A stretch of 64,000 bases of DNA, taken from the NCBI RefSeq assembly GCF_009914755.1, contig NC_060927.1; one strand, 5' to 3'. Shown in pieces: positions 24,040-46,062 of the stretch. The position numbers and the translations under genes were made by a program. Position 1 is the stretch's first letter. Each line of letters opens with the position of its first letter. A model generated the notes under the pieces. That model saw only the letters and a list, made by a program, of their open reading frames with translations, did no database searches and was not told the DNA's origin. This stretch comes from the human T2T-CHM13v2.0 reference genome, Homo sapiens.

Positions 24040-25082
24040 GTAATATCAGAAAAACTCTTCTAAACATTGGCTTAGGCAGAGTTCTTGACCAAGAGCCCAA
24101 AAGCAAATGCAACAAAAATAAAAATAAATAGATGGGACCTAATTAAACTAAAAAGCTTTTGTACAGCAAAAGAAATAATCAGCAGAGTAAACAGACAACC
24201 CAGAGAATAGGAGAAAATCTTTGCAAACTATGCATTCAACAAAGGACTAATATCCAGAATCTACGAGGAACTCAAATCAGCAAGAATAAAAACAAATAAT
24301 CCCATCAAAAAGTGGGTAAAGGACATGAATAAACAGTTCTCAAAAGACGATATACAAATGGCCAACAAACATATGGAGAAATGCTCAACATCACTATCAG
24401 GGAAATGCAAATCAAAACTACAATGAGATACCACCTTACTCCTGCAAGAATGGCCATAATTAAAAAATAATAATAAAAAGATGTTGACGTGGATGTAGTA
24501 AAAAGGGAACACTTTTACATTGGTGGTGGGAATGTAAACTAGTACAACCACTATGGAAAACAGAATGGAGATTCCTTAAATAACTAAAAGTAGAAATACC
24601 ATTTAATTGAGCAGTCTCACCACCCAAAGGAAGTAAGTCATTATATGAAAAAGATACTTGCAGATCCATGTTTATGTGTGCTATAGCAGCACAATTTGCA
24701 ATTGCAAAAATAAGGAACCAGCCTAAATGCCCATTAACCAATGAGTGTATAAAGAAACTGTGATATGGACAGCATGGACTACTACTCAGCCATAAAAAGG
24801 AACAAAATAATGGCATTTGCAGCAACCTGGATGGAGTTGGAGACTATTATTCTAAGTGAAGTAACAGAGGAATGGAAAACCAAATATCATACGTTCTCAC
24901 TTGTAAGTGGGAGCTAAGCCATGAGGATGTAAAGACATAAGAAGAGGGATAAAAGACTTCACATTGGGCACCGCATACACTGGTCAGGTGATAGGTGTAC
25001 CAAAATCTTAGAAATCTCCAGTAAAGAACTTACCATATAATCAAGAACCACCTGTTTCCCAAAAACTATTGAAATAAAAAAG
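24040..25082 (+). mobile_element. L1PB-like 3' fragment
   Basis: ORF2 end plus L1PB-type 3' UTR ending CCACCTGTTTCCCAAAAACTATTGAAATAAAAA. Confidence 0.88.
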
Positions 25083-25219
25083 GCCACTGGCTTTTTTCTT
25101 GCATACATATATTGTGATTACTATGGTTTTTGTCCTTTATTAGTATTACATAGTACATTAATTGATTTTCATATGTTGAACTGACCTTGCATTTCCTGGA
25201 ATAAAAATCCTACTTGTAA

Positions 25220-25529
<310 letters not shown>

Positions 25530-26301
25530 AGTCCTTTTTAATATTGCTGGTAATATTTTGTTGAAGATTCTTGTGTTTGTATTAATAAAAAATATTACTT
25601 TGTAGTTTTTGTTTGATGTCTTTGTCTTGTTCTGATATTAGGGTAATACTGGCCCCATATAATTAGTTGGGAAATGTTCTTTCCTTTCGTTTTGGAAGAG
25701 TTTATGAAGGATTGATATTAATTATTTGAATGTTTGGTAGATTTCTCCAGAGAAGCCATCTGGGCTGTGCTTTTCTGGGCTGTGCTTTGTTTTGTAGGAA
25801 GTTTTAAAAGTACTAATTTGATCTTTTTACTTGTTACAGGCATATTCAGATTTTCTATTTCTTCAGTAATTCGTCTCTTTCTAGGAATTTGTCCATTTCA
25901 CGTAAATTATCTGATTTGGTGTACAGTTGTCCATAATGTTCTTTTATAATCATTTCTTACTTTTATAAGGTAGTTGGTGATGTTCCATGTCTTATTCTTG
26001 ATTTTAGTAATTTAAGTCTTTTAAAAAAAATCTTGGTCAATCCAACTAAAGGCCTGTCACATTTATGGATCTTTTCAAAAAACCAACTTTCAGTTTTGCC
26101 AATTTTCTCTATTTTCCATTTATTTCCTTTACCTTAATCATTGTCATTTTTTCCTCTGCTTGCCTTAGAGTTAATTTTCTATTCTTTTTTCCAGTTTCTT
26201 ATGGTGAATGTTTAAGTTATTTGAAATTTTTCATCTTTTTTATTAGAGATATTTATAGCAATAAATGTTCTCCTAAGCAGTTCTTTAGCCACCTCTTGTA
26301 A

Positions 26302-26604
<303 letters not shown>

Positions 26605-27639
26605 GCCTCTTGTAAGATTTGACAGGTGGTAGTCTCATTTTTATTCATCTCAAAGTCTTTTCTGTTTTTCTTTGTGATTTCCTCTTTGACTCACTGGTTA
26701 ATTAGGAGTGTGTTGTTTAATTTCCACATATTTGTATATTCCCTAATTTTCCTACTGTTACAGGAGATCGATTATAGTTTGTGTAATTTCAGCCCTTTTA
26801 CATTTATTGAAGCTTGTTTATGGCATAACAGGCTCTATCAAGTGTTTCATGAGCACTTGATAACTATGCTGCTGTTGTTGGGTGGAATGTTTTGTAATTG
26901 TCTCTTAGGCCTAAAACAGACAATGTTTTGCCCTTAATAAGAAATATATGTAGGTCTCTGGTTCTTTCCCAGTTCTTGGAATGATCCCTTTGATGTCCTG
27001 GATGGAGCATCAGGGGAGTGCACCTTTGTTAGTTTGAAGATGGGTGAAGAGACATTACTGTACAAAGGGAGATGAGAAAGGAGGAACCAGTATGGTGCCT
27101 CAACTTTAAGTGTGTTCTCAGGCAGATTTATTTGAGGAAGTCCTATAAAGGAGACAAAGGATCTGGAAATGGGTTAGCTTAAAACCATTTGTGGTTCTTT
27201 ATCTTTTAGTAGGACTTTATTTTTCTCCAGGGGTATGTGTGCCCCAGGGTGAAGATAAATTGAAAGGATCTTGTAAAGAGTTAAGGTTAAGGATTTGCTT
27301 TTATATGCACTGGGAAACTACTGAAGTTTTAGGAAATAAACATTTTGTTTTAGTGAGGTTAATCTGTAGTATGGATAATGGGAAGAAGAGACTAGAACTA
27401 TGGAGCTTATTTAGAGTTTATGCAGAAAGAAATTTACATTCAATTCATTAAAAACTTGTTGAGAATTTATTTTGTGTTAGGCATGGGCTGAGCTCCTCTT
27501 GTTCAAGAATTCACAATCACATTCAGTGTTTCAAGTACAGTAATTTTGATATGTCTTAGGTATGGTGGTGGCACAAGAAAAGTTACTGTCTATAGTCTGA
27601 TAAATTATATATATATATATATTTTTTGTTTGTTTGTTT

Positions 27640-29830
<2,191 letters not shown>

Positions 29831-30059
29831 TATTAAACTTTTGTTATGTCTTAGGTTTTTTTCTAAAAATGTATTATTTAATACAACAGTCTTCTTTCCG
29901 TCAGCTGTGATTCATCTTAAGTGAGTGAAGGCTAGTATCTTATTTATCCTGATACACTAGGTGTTTATAATTATATCCTAAGCAAGATCATTATTCTTTG
30001 AAATCAGATTTTGTGTATTATACTTCTCTATATCCCACAGAGAACTTAGGTCATTTTTG

Positions 30060-30770
<711 letters not shown>

Positions 30771-31575
30771 TGCATAACTAATAGAGGCTTAAAAATCCCA
30801 TGATAGGGTATTCACCACTGTGATGCTTCCCTTGCCCATTCAGTTCTCTACTTTTTCCACGGTTGTTCCTTATATATTTTTCTGGAGTTTCTCTGTGCAT
30901 TCACAATACTAGCAAATATTAATGCATATTCTTACATTTTGTTTTTCTTTTGATACTAAAAGTAGCATGCTATATTCACTGTTCAGCGAATTTCTCCCTC
31001 TAGTTAATACTTCTTGGAGATCTTTTAATATAGTCCATAGGGAGAGTCCTTATTTTAAAAATCTGAATAATGTTCTAGTACATGGATATGCCATAATTTA
31101 ACCAGTTCTCTATTAATGGATATTTGCATTATGTACATTTTTTGCTAATAGAAACAGTGCTTCAGTGAGTGACCTTGTATATACTTGCCGATCCTCATTT
31201 ACACTTGTGCAAATATACCTGTAAGATAAAGTTACAGATGTTGGACATGTAGAATCTCTGAGTGTACGCACTTGTCTTTCAGTGGTGGTTTAAAGTTTTT
31301 TTGTTTTTCTTTTTTTATATAGATCTTGCCCATTTCTTAGTTTGTTCTTAGGTAGTTACCTTTTTGTAGTTGTTGTAAGTGGGATCTTTTCAATGATTGT
31401 ATTTCTGTTGATTCCATATATTTATGTATGTGTGTATATATGTATGTGTGTATATATACCTTACTCTTATTGTAGCTTTTTTTCTAGTTGATTATCTTGG
31501 GTTTTTTGAGTATGTGAAATCACCTACAGAATAGTGTTTATTTTTTCCCTTTCTGTCCGCACCTGATACTAATAA

Positions 31576-31916
<341 letters not shown>

Positions 31917-32735
31917 TAAATAATCTTATACTTCTTACTTGGTTTGTGTTATATTAAGCATTCACAATATATATCAAGTATATCAGAATATCTAAATGAT
32001 ATAATTTCAATTCCAGTGGTTACAGATGAGGCCATCGGTACCTTTAATCTGCCTCTCACCTTCTTTCCTTTTCAGTTTTTTCTTGTGTGTGTCATTCTGC
32101 ATTATCAGGGCATATAACCTTTATATCCTGTCACTCTAATCTCCATATTTGTTTTATTCTTAGTTCAGCTATCAAATTTATTCAGTGCTCATTGTCAGCT
32201 CTTTTTTGTGAAATTTCCTCAAAACTATCCTGTTTCCTCAATAAGAGATCATGAGCAAGATATTCCCTGAGTTTTTGGGTGTTCAGCACTGTTTGTAGCT
32301 TTTATACTTTATTCTCTAAGGACATCTTGGTTGCATGGAACATCTTTTGCTTATATTTTCTTTCCTTCAGTGTCTTTAAAATGTTTCTCTAGTGTCTTTC
32401 AGTGTTAGATATTGCAGTGGAGAAATCTGAGGCTAGTATGACTTTAAACCCCTTTCATTTTTCTTTTTAAGTTTTAAAGTCTAATAAATTTTCTAGGTTA
32501 TGTCTTGTGTTGAGCATTCTGTGTCAGTGTTTCTTGGCACAAAATATTTGTTAAAGTATTTTTCATCCTCCCACAAGAAAACCTTTCTGAATTATATCTC
32601 TGTAATTATATTTCTGAATTAATCTTCTCTTGTTTTGAGTTTGTTTAGGAATTTCAATTATGCATATATTAGATTCCTTTTGCCATCCGCTCTAGCTGTA
32701 ATTTTTTTCTGTAATCTCCCTTCAAGTTTGTGGGT

Positions 32736-32739
<4 letters not shown>

Positions 32740-32773
<34 letters not shown>

Positions 32774-33049
32774 CAGAATCTTGCTCTGTCACCCAGGCCA
32801 GAGTGCAGTGGCACGATCTCGGCTCACTTGTGCTCCACCTCCTGGGTTCAAGCCATTCTCCTGCCTCAGCCTCCTGAGTAGCTGGGACTACAGGCGCCTG
32901 CCACCATGCCCGGCTAATTTTTTGTATTTTTTAGTAGTGACGGGGTTTCACTGTGTTAGCCAGGATGGTCTCAATCTCCTGACCTCGTGATCCGCCCACC
33001 TCAGCCTCCCAAAGTGCTGGGATTACAGGCGTGAGCCACTGCACCCGGC
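32740..33049 (-). mobile_element. AluY with pure T tail of about 30 nt
   Basis: TSD TGTGGGTTGAT at 32729-32739 and 33050-33060. Confidence 0.95.
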
Positions 33050-33236
33050 TGTGGGTTGATGTTTTTAATCAGTTTGGGGAAAATATCAGTCATTATCTTT
33101 GTGAATATTGTTTTTCTTGTATTCTCTTTTTTTTTAGGACTCTAGTAGTAAGTTTTTTAGATCTTTTGATCAAGTTTTACATGTCTATTATACTCTTACT
33201 TGTTTTTTCCTCTCTGTTTCAGTTTAGATATTTTCT

Positions 33237-33951
33237 TTTTTTTTTTTGTTAGTTTTTATTTCATACTCATAAACTTAACTCTGCAATCCAACTAGGCATG
33301 GAAGAGAATGAGGAAAATATGGAACCCAAAGACCTGCAGCAAGAGCACAGTGATTATAGGATGCTGCGAGCAAATGGAGTGGAGGGGTGCTCTCCTGAGC
33401 TACGGAAGGAATGGTCTGATGGTTAAGATAAAGCACAAGTCAAATTTATTAGAATTGTCCACAGTCGGCAATGGTGATCTTCTCACTGGTCTTGCCGTTT
33501 CTGGATCTAGAGCACTCCATGGCCTGCATAATATTAATGCTATTATTCACCTTGCCAAAGACCACATGCTTGCCATCCAACCACTGAGGTCTTGGCAGTG
33601 CAGATGAAAAACTGGGAACCATTTGTGTTGGGTCCAGCATTTGACATGGACAAGATGCCGGGACTTGTATGCTTCAGAGTGAAGTTCTTATCATCAAATT
33701 TCTCCCTATAGATGGACTTGCCACCAGTGCCATTATGGTGTGTGAAGTCACTACCCTGACACATAAACTCTGGAATAATTCTGTGAAAGCAGGAACACTT
33801 ATAACCAAATGCATTCTTTCCAGTGCTCAGAGCATGAAGTTTTCTGCTGTTTTTGAAACTTTGTCTGCTAACAGCTTGAAGGAGATGCAGCCCAAGGGCG
33901 TACCGTCCACAGTGATGTCGGGGTTCTGGGTAGTGTCGTTGTCTACAAAGA
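33237..33951 (-). pseudogene. PPIA: Processed pseudogene of cyclophilin A (parent gene PPIA)
   Basis: Intronless; peptides [68 protein letters not shown]; 3' UTR, AATAAA (33255-33260) and poly-A; TSD CAGTT(T/C)AGATATTTTCT at 33220-33236 and 33952-33968; frameshifts; ATG deleted. Confidence 0.97.
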
Positions 33952-34098
33952 CAGTTCAGATATTTTCTATTGATCTGTCTTCAAGTTCACTAATTCTGTG
34001 TTCTGCTTTGTGGTGAAAACATTTAAAACCTACTCTTTTAATAATGCTCTAGAATAGTGTTTGTCAAAGTTTAACATAGAAAGGTGTTACCTGGAATC

Positions 34099-35855
34099 TT
34101 TTTTTTTAAAAATTTTTATTTTAGGTCCAGAGGTACATGTGCACATTTTTTATATAGGTAAATTGCGTGTTATGGAGGTTTGTCGTATGATTATTTCGTC
34201 ACCCAGGTAGTAAACATAGTATGCAATAGGTTGTTTTCTATTTTCACCCTCCTCCCACCACCCACCCTCACATAGGCCCTAGAGTCTATTGTTCCCTTCT
34301 CTGTGTTCATGTATACTCAGTGTTTAGCTCCCACTCATAAGTGAGAACATGCAGTATTTAGTTTTTATTTTTCTGTGTTAGTTCACTTGGGAAAATGGCC
34401 TCCAGCTCCATCCATGTTACTGTGAAGGACATGATCTCATTCTTTTTTATGGCTGTGTAGTATTCCATGGTGTATATGTAACACATTTTCTTTATCCAGT
34501 CTGGCATTGATGGGCTTTTAGATTGATTCTATGTTTTTGCTATTGTGAATAGTGCTGCGAAGAACATACACATGCATATGTCTTTATGGCAGAATGATTT
34601 ATATTCCTTTGGATATATACCCAGTAATGGGATTGCTGATTGGATATATACCCAGTAATGTGATTGCTGGTTGAATATATACCCAGTAATGGGATTGCTG
34701 GGTTGAATGGTAGTTCTGTTTTAAGTTCTTTGAGAAATTGCCAAACTTCTTCCACAATGGCTGAACCAATTTACATTTCCACCAGCAGTGTATAAGCGTT
34801 CCCTTTTCTCTGTAACCTTGCCAGTGTCTATTATTTTTTGACTTTTAAATAATAGTCTTTCTGACTGGTGTTAGATGGTGTCTCATTGTGGTTTTGATTT
34901 ACACTTCTCTAGTGATCAGTGATATTGAGCTTTTTTTTTCATATGCTTGTTGGCTGAGTGTGTGTTTTCTTTTGAAAAGTGTTCATGTTTTTTGCCTTTT
35001 AATGTGTTTTTTTTTGTTTGTTTTTTGCTTGTTAATTTGTTTAAGTTCCTTAAGATTCTGGATATTAGACCTTTGTTGGATGCATAGTTTGCAGATATTT
35101 TCTCTCATTCTGTAGGTTGTTTATTCTGTTGATAGTTTCTTTTTCTGTGCAGAAGCTGTTTAGTTTAATTAGGTCCCATTTGTCAGTTTTTGTTTTGTTG
35201 CAGTTGCATTTTTGTCATGAAATCTTTGCCAGAGCCTATGTCCAGAATGGCATTTCCTAGGTTTTCTTCTAAGATTTTTATAGTTTGAGGTTTTACATTT
35301 AACTCTTTAATCCATCTTAAGTTGATTTTTGTATATGATGTAAGGAAGGGTCTAGTTTCAGTCATCTGCATATGGCTACCCAGTTATCCCAGCACCATTT
35401 ATTGAATAGGGAGTTCTTTCCCCATTGCTTGTTTTTGTCAGCTTTGTCAAATTTCAGATGGTTGTAAATGTGCAGCTTTATTTTTGGGCTGTCTATTCTG
35501 TTCAATTTGCCCATGTGTTTGTTTTTGTACCAGTATCATGCTCTTTTGGTTTCTATAGCCTTGTAGTATAGTTTGAAGGTTTGAAGTCAGGTAATGTGAT
35601 GCTCCCAGCTTTGTTCTTTGCTTAGGATTGTTTTGGCTATTTAGTTCTTTTTGGTTTCATATGAATTTTAGAATAACTTTTTCTAATTCTTTGAAAAATG
35701 TCATTGGTAGTTTGATAGGACTAGCATTGAATCTGTAGATTGCTTTGGGCAGTATGGCCATTTTAACAATATTGGTTTCTTCATGAGCATGGGAATGTTT
35801 TTTTCATTTGTATGTGTCATCTTTGATTTCTTTCAGCAGTGTTTTGTAATTCTTT
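34099..35855 (-). mobile_element. 5'-truncated L1PA15/16-like element
   Basis: 3' UTR GGTACATGTGCAC...TATATAGGTAAATTGCGTG; ORF2 peptide [18 protein letters not shown]. Confidence 0.9.
34609..34701 (+). repeat. Three-copy 31-bp tandem repeat inside L1
   Basis: TTGGATATATACCCAGTAATGGGATTGCTG(A/G) starting at 34609, 34640 and 34671. Confidence 0.95.
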
Positions 35856-36685
35856 CAACTGAACTTTTGATGAACTTTTAATTGATCAGAGTCCCCAGAG
35901 CCCCTAGTCACAGAGTGAGTTTACATCCACCTGGCAATTATTTTCTACTGGGTCTTCACTGAATGGGGGGTGGAAATATGCCAAAAGAAAGAGGACAGGT
36001 CAGGGAGACTGTGGGGCAACGCTTAAGATTCATGGGGTTTTTACTTAAGTGCATGGCTGTGTTGTGCCAGAGACTGAGGACAGGGTAGGAAAGCTGAGAG
36101 AGATCCTCCTGAGGCATGTGAGGACATTATCAAGTGCATAGCAGCATCCTGCAGAAAACTGAGAGCAGGGCAGCAGGGTAAAGGGTGATTTCCTGAAGTA
36201 CAGAAAGCCTGGGGCATACAAGGCTGGCAGCTGGCTGTGTAAATCAGAGAGAGAGAGACAAAGAGAAAGATCAAGTTCTGTGCTTTGTGAAGCAGAGAGA
36301 GGTTATGATTTATCTGGACTGGAAAGTGGTAGATATTAAGAATTTTACCAGTGCCCAGATTCCTAACCCTGGTGAAGAAAAAGTTCTGATCTAGCATCTA
36401 AAACATTTGAAGCACTGGTGAAATAAATCAAAATTTAAGCTGAAAGAAAGCTGGGCTCATCTTAAGTACGTGTTAGAAGTATTATTTCCTTTAGCCTCTA
36501 CTGTTCTTTTACACAGTACTGTCTGTCATACAGTAAAAAGCTATGAGACATGCCATGAAGGAGGATAAAGCGATTCATAATTAAAAGACAAAATAGTCAA
36601 TAGAAGTAGCCTTACAGATGGCCCAGGTGTTGGAATTAGCAAATAGGGGACTTTAGTATTGTAATAAATATACTAAAGCCTGTAG

Positions 36686-37066
<381 letters not shown>

Positions 37067-37356
37067 TGAAAACTGAAAAGAACCACGTGAAAATTTTTAG
37101 AACCAGAAAGTAGAGAAGAATTCATTTGGTGGTCTTGCAGACAGGACATAGCAGCAGGAAAATATGAAGCAGTCTATACACAGGTCCATAGAGATTACCC
37201 ATACCAAACCGTAAAAAGAAAGCTGGTTGACAGTAAAGCTAAAGAGACCTTCTGAGATCTGTGGGACAAAATGAAACTAACATATTGGTAGTTAGAGTCC
37301 TGAAAGAAGAGTAGACGGAAAGTGGAATAAAAGAAATAATTCAAAAAGTAATGACT

Positions 37357-39018
<1,662 letters not shown>

Positions 39019-39853
39019 TCACAGATCCAACATGTTCAAGGAAACTCAACTGCATCACCTAGGTAAATTATACTCAAAGAAAATCTTAAAGTTAGCCAGA
39101 GATAAAAGGCATCTTATGAAAGCAACAAGAAGAATGAATAATAACAACATCTTATGGCGTTTATCACATATATAAAGGACAAATATGACAATAAGAGCAC
39201 AAATGGTGGGTAAATAGAGATACTAAATAAGGTTCTCATGTTGTTTCTGAGATAGTAAAATATTATTTAGAGAAGGACTATGGTAAATTAAGGATGTGTA
39301 TTATAATCACTAAAGTACTAAAAACACAAGCACTGTTCCTAAACAGTTAGTAAAAGAGACAAGTGAAATTGTGAAATGTTTTCTATTAACCAAAAACAAA
39401 GGAGGGACCTGAGGTCACCAAAAATGGAAGAGTAAGGAGCTTCAGTGATTCATTCCTCTACTGATACAGTGATTAAAGTGGCAAAAATGTCAGAATGAAC
39501 CTTTTTGGAACTCTGGTATCCAATAAAAAATAACCACCAAGTGAATGCTTAATGAAGAAAGAGGCTGATAAATTTTGATACAAGGGTATTGTGGCACTTT
39601 TGCTTACCTACTCACCGTCTCCCATTCTTGGTGGCAGCAATGGGGATAGTGACCTATATTCCTGGTATGGTTTGCTGGTGCCAGAGGAGGCCCATGTGGA
39701 CTTTGTCTCAAATAATTGTGGTTGTACATTTTGACCTGTCTGCTATGAGGGATTGGTTTAGGGGCTTGCTTTTGTTTTGTCCCTCCTCAGAACTTTCTCA
39801 GGGTTGGAGTAGCCTCCCGGGTGGCATTTGTTGAAAATATTTGAAGGCATATA

Positions 39854-40239
39854 CAGTCATCCCTTGGTATCTCTTGGAGTAATTGTGAAAAGAGAACAAA
39901 AATTCCCAAGTGATTCTTACAGGGTACACCCTTTTATGTTACAATGTCGCGGATATAAAAATTCAATGTTGCTTAAATGCATGACATAAAATGGAATAGT
40001 ATTTGCATATAACCTGTGCACATCCTCCCATATACTTTAAATATTTTCTCTACTACTTATAATACCTAACACAATGTATAATGCTATGTACATAGTTTTG
40101 TATTGTTTAGGGAATAATGACAAGATTTTTAAAAGCCTGTATATGTTCAGTACAGATGCAATTTTTTTCCTGAATATTTTTGATTCACAATTGGTTGAAT
40201 CCATGGATACAGAACTCTGTGGATTCAGCAGGCTGACTG
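39854..40239 (+). mobile_element. MER2 (TcMar-Tigger MITE)
   Basis: TA-CAGTCATCCCTTGGTATC...GGCTGACTG-TA; body TATTTGCATATAACCTGTGCACATCCTCCCATATACTTTAAAT. Confidence 0.9.
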
Positions 40240-41349
40240 TACTACCTTCAGCCATTCAGAAGAAGGGACAATATTTGGGGCAAGCAGCAGAGAGACTGAA
40301 AAATCTAGGAAGGGAGAGACTGGGGAAGGAGATACAGGAGGTATAAGGACTTTGTAAAGTGTATATTGGAGAATCCAGAAGTCCATGTACATACCAGGGC
40401 TAGACCTATACTGAAAAAAGACCTGAGAAGACCTTAAGCTTGTACTTTTGACTGATCTTCCGGCTCTGTGTGAGCAGGAAGTAAAGGCTAAGGCTGAGTT
40501 ATAAGTGGCCTTGGTAAGCACTGAAGGAGAGCCCTAAGTCAGGCCAGTCTGCAAAGACTAGGAGAGTATTATTATTATTTTTTTTCTGTTTTGACTCTAG
40601 GCATTTAAGGAAATTTGTCAAATTGCAAGATGACTACTAAGCCAATGGAAAAGAGACTTAAGTGATCACAGCACAAAGAATTTACTCTTTACAAAACTAG
40701 TTTTAAAAATTCACTAAACAAATATAACCCACAACAACAGCAAACTCTGGGGAGGGAGAATAATCTGATTTCCAGAGTTACCACATTATAATATTCAAAA
40801 TGGCTGGATTTTAACAAAAAAAATTGTGAGACTTGCAAAGAAACAAAATGTGTAGCCTATTCACAGGGGGAAAAAGAAAGAATAGAACCTTTCCATGAGA
40901 AAGCTTGATCATTGAACTTACTAGAGAGAGGTTTTAAGTCAGCTGTCTTAAATATACACAAACAGCTAAAGGAAACCATGGGCATAGAACTAAGGGAAGC
41001 CAGGAGAATAATGTCTCACTAAAAAACAGAGGAGGCACAGAAGAACAAATGGGACTGTTAGAACCAATAGAAAACAAATATCAAGATTGTAGACTTAGGC
41101 CAAACCATATAATTACATCATTAAATGTAAATTGAATAACCATTTAAGAGACCAACACAAACTGGTTAAAGAAAGCAAGATCCCAAGCCTATGGTGTTTA
41201 GAGGAAAAGTACTTTAAAGATGAAGACATAGAAAGGTTATAACTAAAACGACAGAAAAAAGATATGCCATGCAAATGTTATGCATAAGAAATCTGTTATG
41301 TCTGTATTAATATGAGACAAAGTAGACTTCAAGAAAGGGAATATTACTA

Positions 41350-41703
<354 letters not shown>

Positions 41704-42690
41704 TTATTGAAGATATAAAAATCCTAAATGAGCATGCACAGTTAATAGAGCTTTAAAACAAGCTATAAGCAAAACAAGCTAAAGAAGCAAAAATTGAGAA
41801 CTAAAGAGATAGACACATCTATAATAATAGCTGGAGATTTTAACATCCGTTTTTTAGTAACCAATAGAAGAAACAGACATTATCTCAGTAAGGTTTTAGT
41901 AGATTTAAACCACACTATCAACCAAAACTTGACAAAATTGAAATTTTAGATCATTATACCCAACAGAGTACACAGTTTTCAGTTGCTTATATACTTACTG
42001 ACGTAGATCATATGATGGGCCAAAAAACATGTCTTAATAAATTTTAGAGAACTGAAATCATACAGCATGTGTTCTTTAATTAAAATGAAATAAAAACCGT
42101 AAAATAATCAGGAAACTTTCAAATATTTGGAAATACTTCTAAGTAACCCAGGGCCATAAAAAATCACAGAGGAAATTAGAAAATATTTTGTCATGCAGGG
42201 TAGTCTGGAAAAAAAGGAAAATATTTTGAATTGAATGATAATGAATACGTAACATCCAAAATTTGTGGGTGCAGTAAAGCAATGCTGAGAAGAAATTTTA
42301 TAGTTTTAAATACTTATGTTAGAAGGAAAGAAAAACTTAAACAATCTAAGCTACCCACAAGAGAAACTAGAAATAGAATGGTATGTTAAACCCAAATAAT
42401 GTTAGAAGGAAAGAAATAAAGATAAGAGCTGAAATCAATTAAAGAGAAAATAGACAGATTAGAGAAAATAAGTAAAGCCTAAAGTGGTTTTTTGAAAGTA
42501 TTGATAAAAATGATAAATCTCTTGCAATACTGATGAATTAAAAAACAGGGAAGACATGTTTGTAATGAAAGTAGGGGAGACATCAGGGAATATTATGAAC
42601 CATTTTACTTTAAATATTGCTTGAATGGCTCAGTTGAACAAAGTTGACACAGGAAGAAACAGAAAACCAGAGTGATACTATATTAAATAA

Positions 42691-43985
<1,295 letters not shown>

Positions 43986-44070
43986 GAATTTCTGATAAAA
44001 GAACTTTCCCACCAAAAAAACTCAAGTTCCAGATGGTTTCACTTGTGAATTAATTCTATGACACATTTAA

Positions 44071-45158
<1,088 letters not shown>

Positions 45159-45254
45159 TTAAATTCAGCATTATATAAAAAGGATAATACACCACAACCA
45201 GTGTTGTTTATCCGAGAAAGGCAAGGTCAATTTAACAACTCAGGAGTAAATCAG

Positions 45255-45541
45255 GTGTGATAGTATAATGATAGATTCAAGTCACTGTACATTTGTTCAA
45301 GTCCATAGAATATACAAAATCTTGAGTGAGCCCTAATGTAAACTATGGACTTTGTGTAATTATAGTGATGTGTCAACGTAGGCTCATCATTTATAACAAA
45401 TGTTCCACTCTGGTGGGTGGATGTTGATCGTGGGTGAAGTTATACATGTGTAGGGGAAAGGGTATATGAGAAATCTCTATACCTTTTTCTTAATTTTCCT
45501 GTGATCCAAAAACAGCTCTTTAAAAAAGGTATTTTTAAAAA
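45255..45541 (+). mobile_element. L1MC-type 3' end fragment
   Basis: CCCTAATGTAAACTATGGACTTTG...GAAATCTCTATACCT; flanking TAAATCAG repeat. Confidence 0.75.
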
Positions 45542-46022
45542 TAAATCAGTGTAATTCACCATTAACAAAATAAAAGAGAAGAATATGCAGTCATCTTAGT
45601 ATATGCAGAAAAAACATTAGGTAAAACTTACCACCATTTATTATGAAAAGAGTCCCATCATCCAAGAATGGAAAGAACCTCCTCAGTCTAATAAGGGCAT
45701 CTCTGAAGAACCCACAGCTAACATCATTTTTAATAATAAAACCTAGAATGTTTCTCTCCTAAGCTTGGGAAAAAAACAATGATATCTGCCTTCACAACTT
45801 CTATTTGACATTGTTTTGGGATCTTAGTTAATGCCAATAAAGCAAGAAAAGAAGTAGCAAACATAAATATTGGAATTAAAGAAGTAAAACTCAGATTTGC
45901 AGGCGATCATGATTATGTTATTAGAAAACTGTAGACAATCCATAATGAAATGCCTAATATTAGTTACGGAGTTTGGCAAAGTCTGAGAACAAGGTTAATG
46001 TATTTAAAAAAAAAAAAACAAT

Positions 46023-46050
46023 GTCCAGGGTTCAAGTCCCTGCTTGGGTG
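46023..46050 (+). pseudogene. tRNA-Lys(UUU) 3' fragment (nt 46-73) retrocopy
   Basis: GTCCAGGGTTCAAGTCCCTGCTTGGGTG vs tRNA-Lys3 GTCCAGGGTTCAAGTCCCTGTTCGGGCG: 25/28, first 20 identical, two mismatches are CpG transitions. Confidence 0.85.
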
Positions 46051-46062
46051 CTGCATTTCTTT

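Noticed and set aside
33237-33951. PPIA copy as a functional retrogene or TRIMCyp-like fusion exon
   Set aside because: ATG deleted, at least two frameshifts, antisense to the inferred host, no TRIM exons seen
34609-34701. 31-bp direct repeats as a CRISPR-like array
   Set aside because: No spacers, the unit is L1 sequence, and the context is eukaryotic
46023-46050. Functional tRNA gene or retroviral PBS
   Set aside because: No 5' half or A box; no CCA and no adjacent LTR
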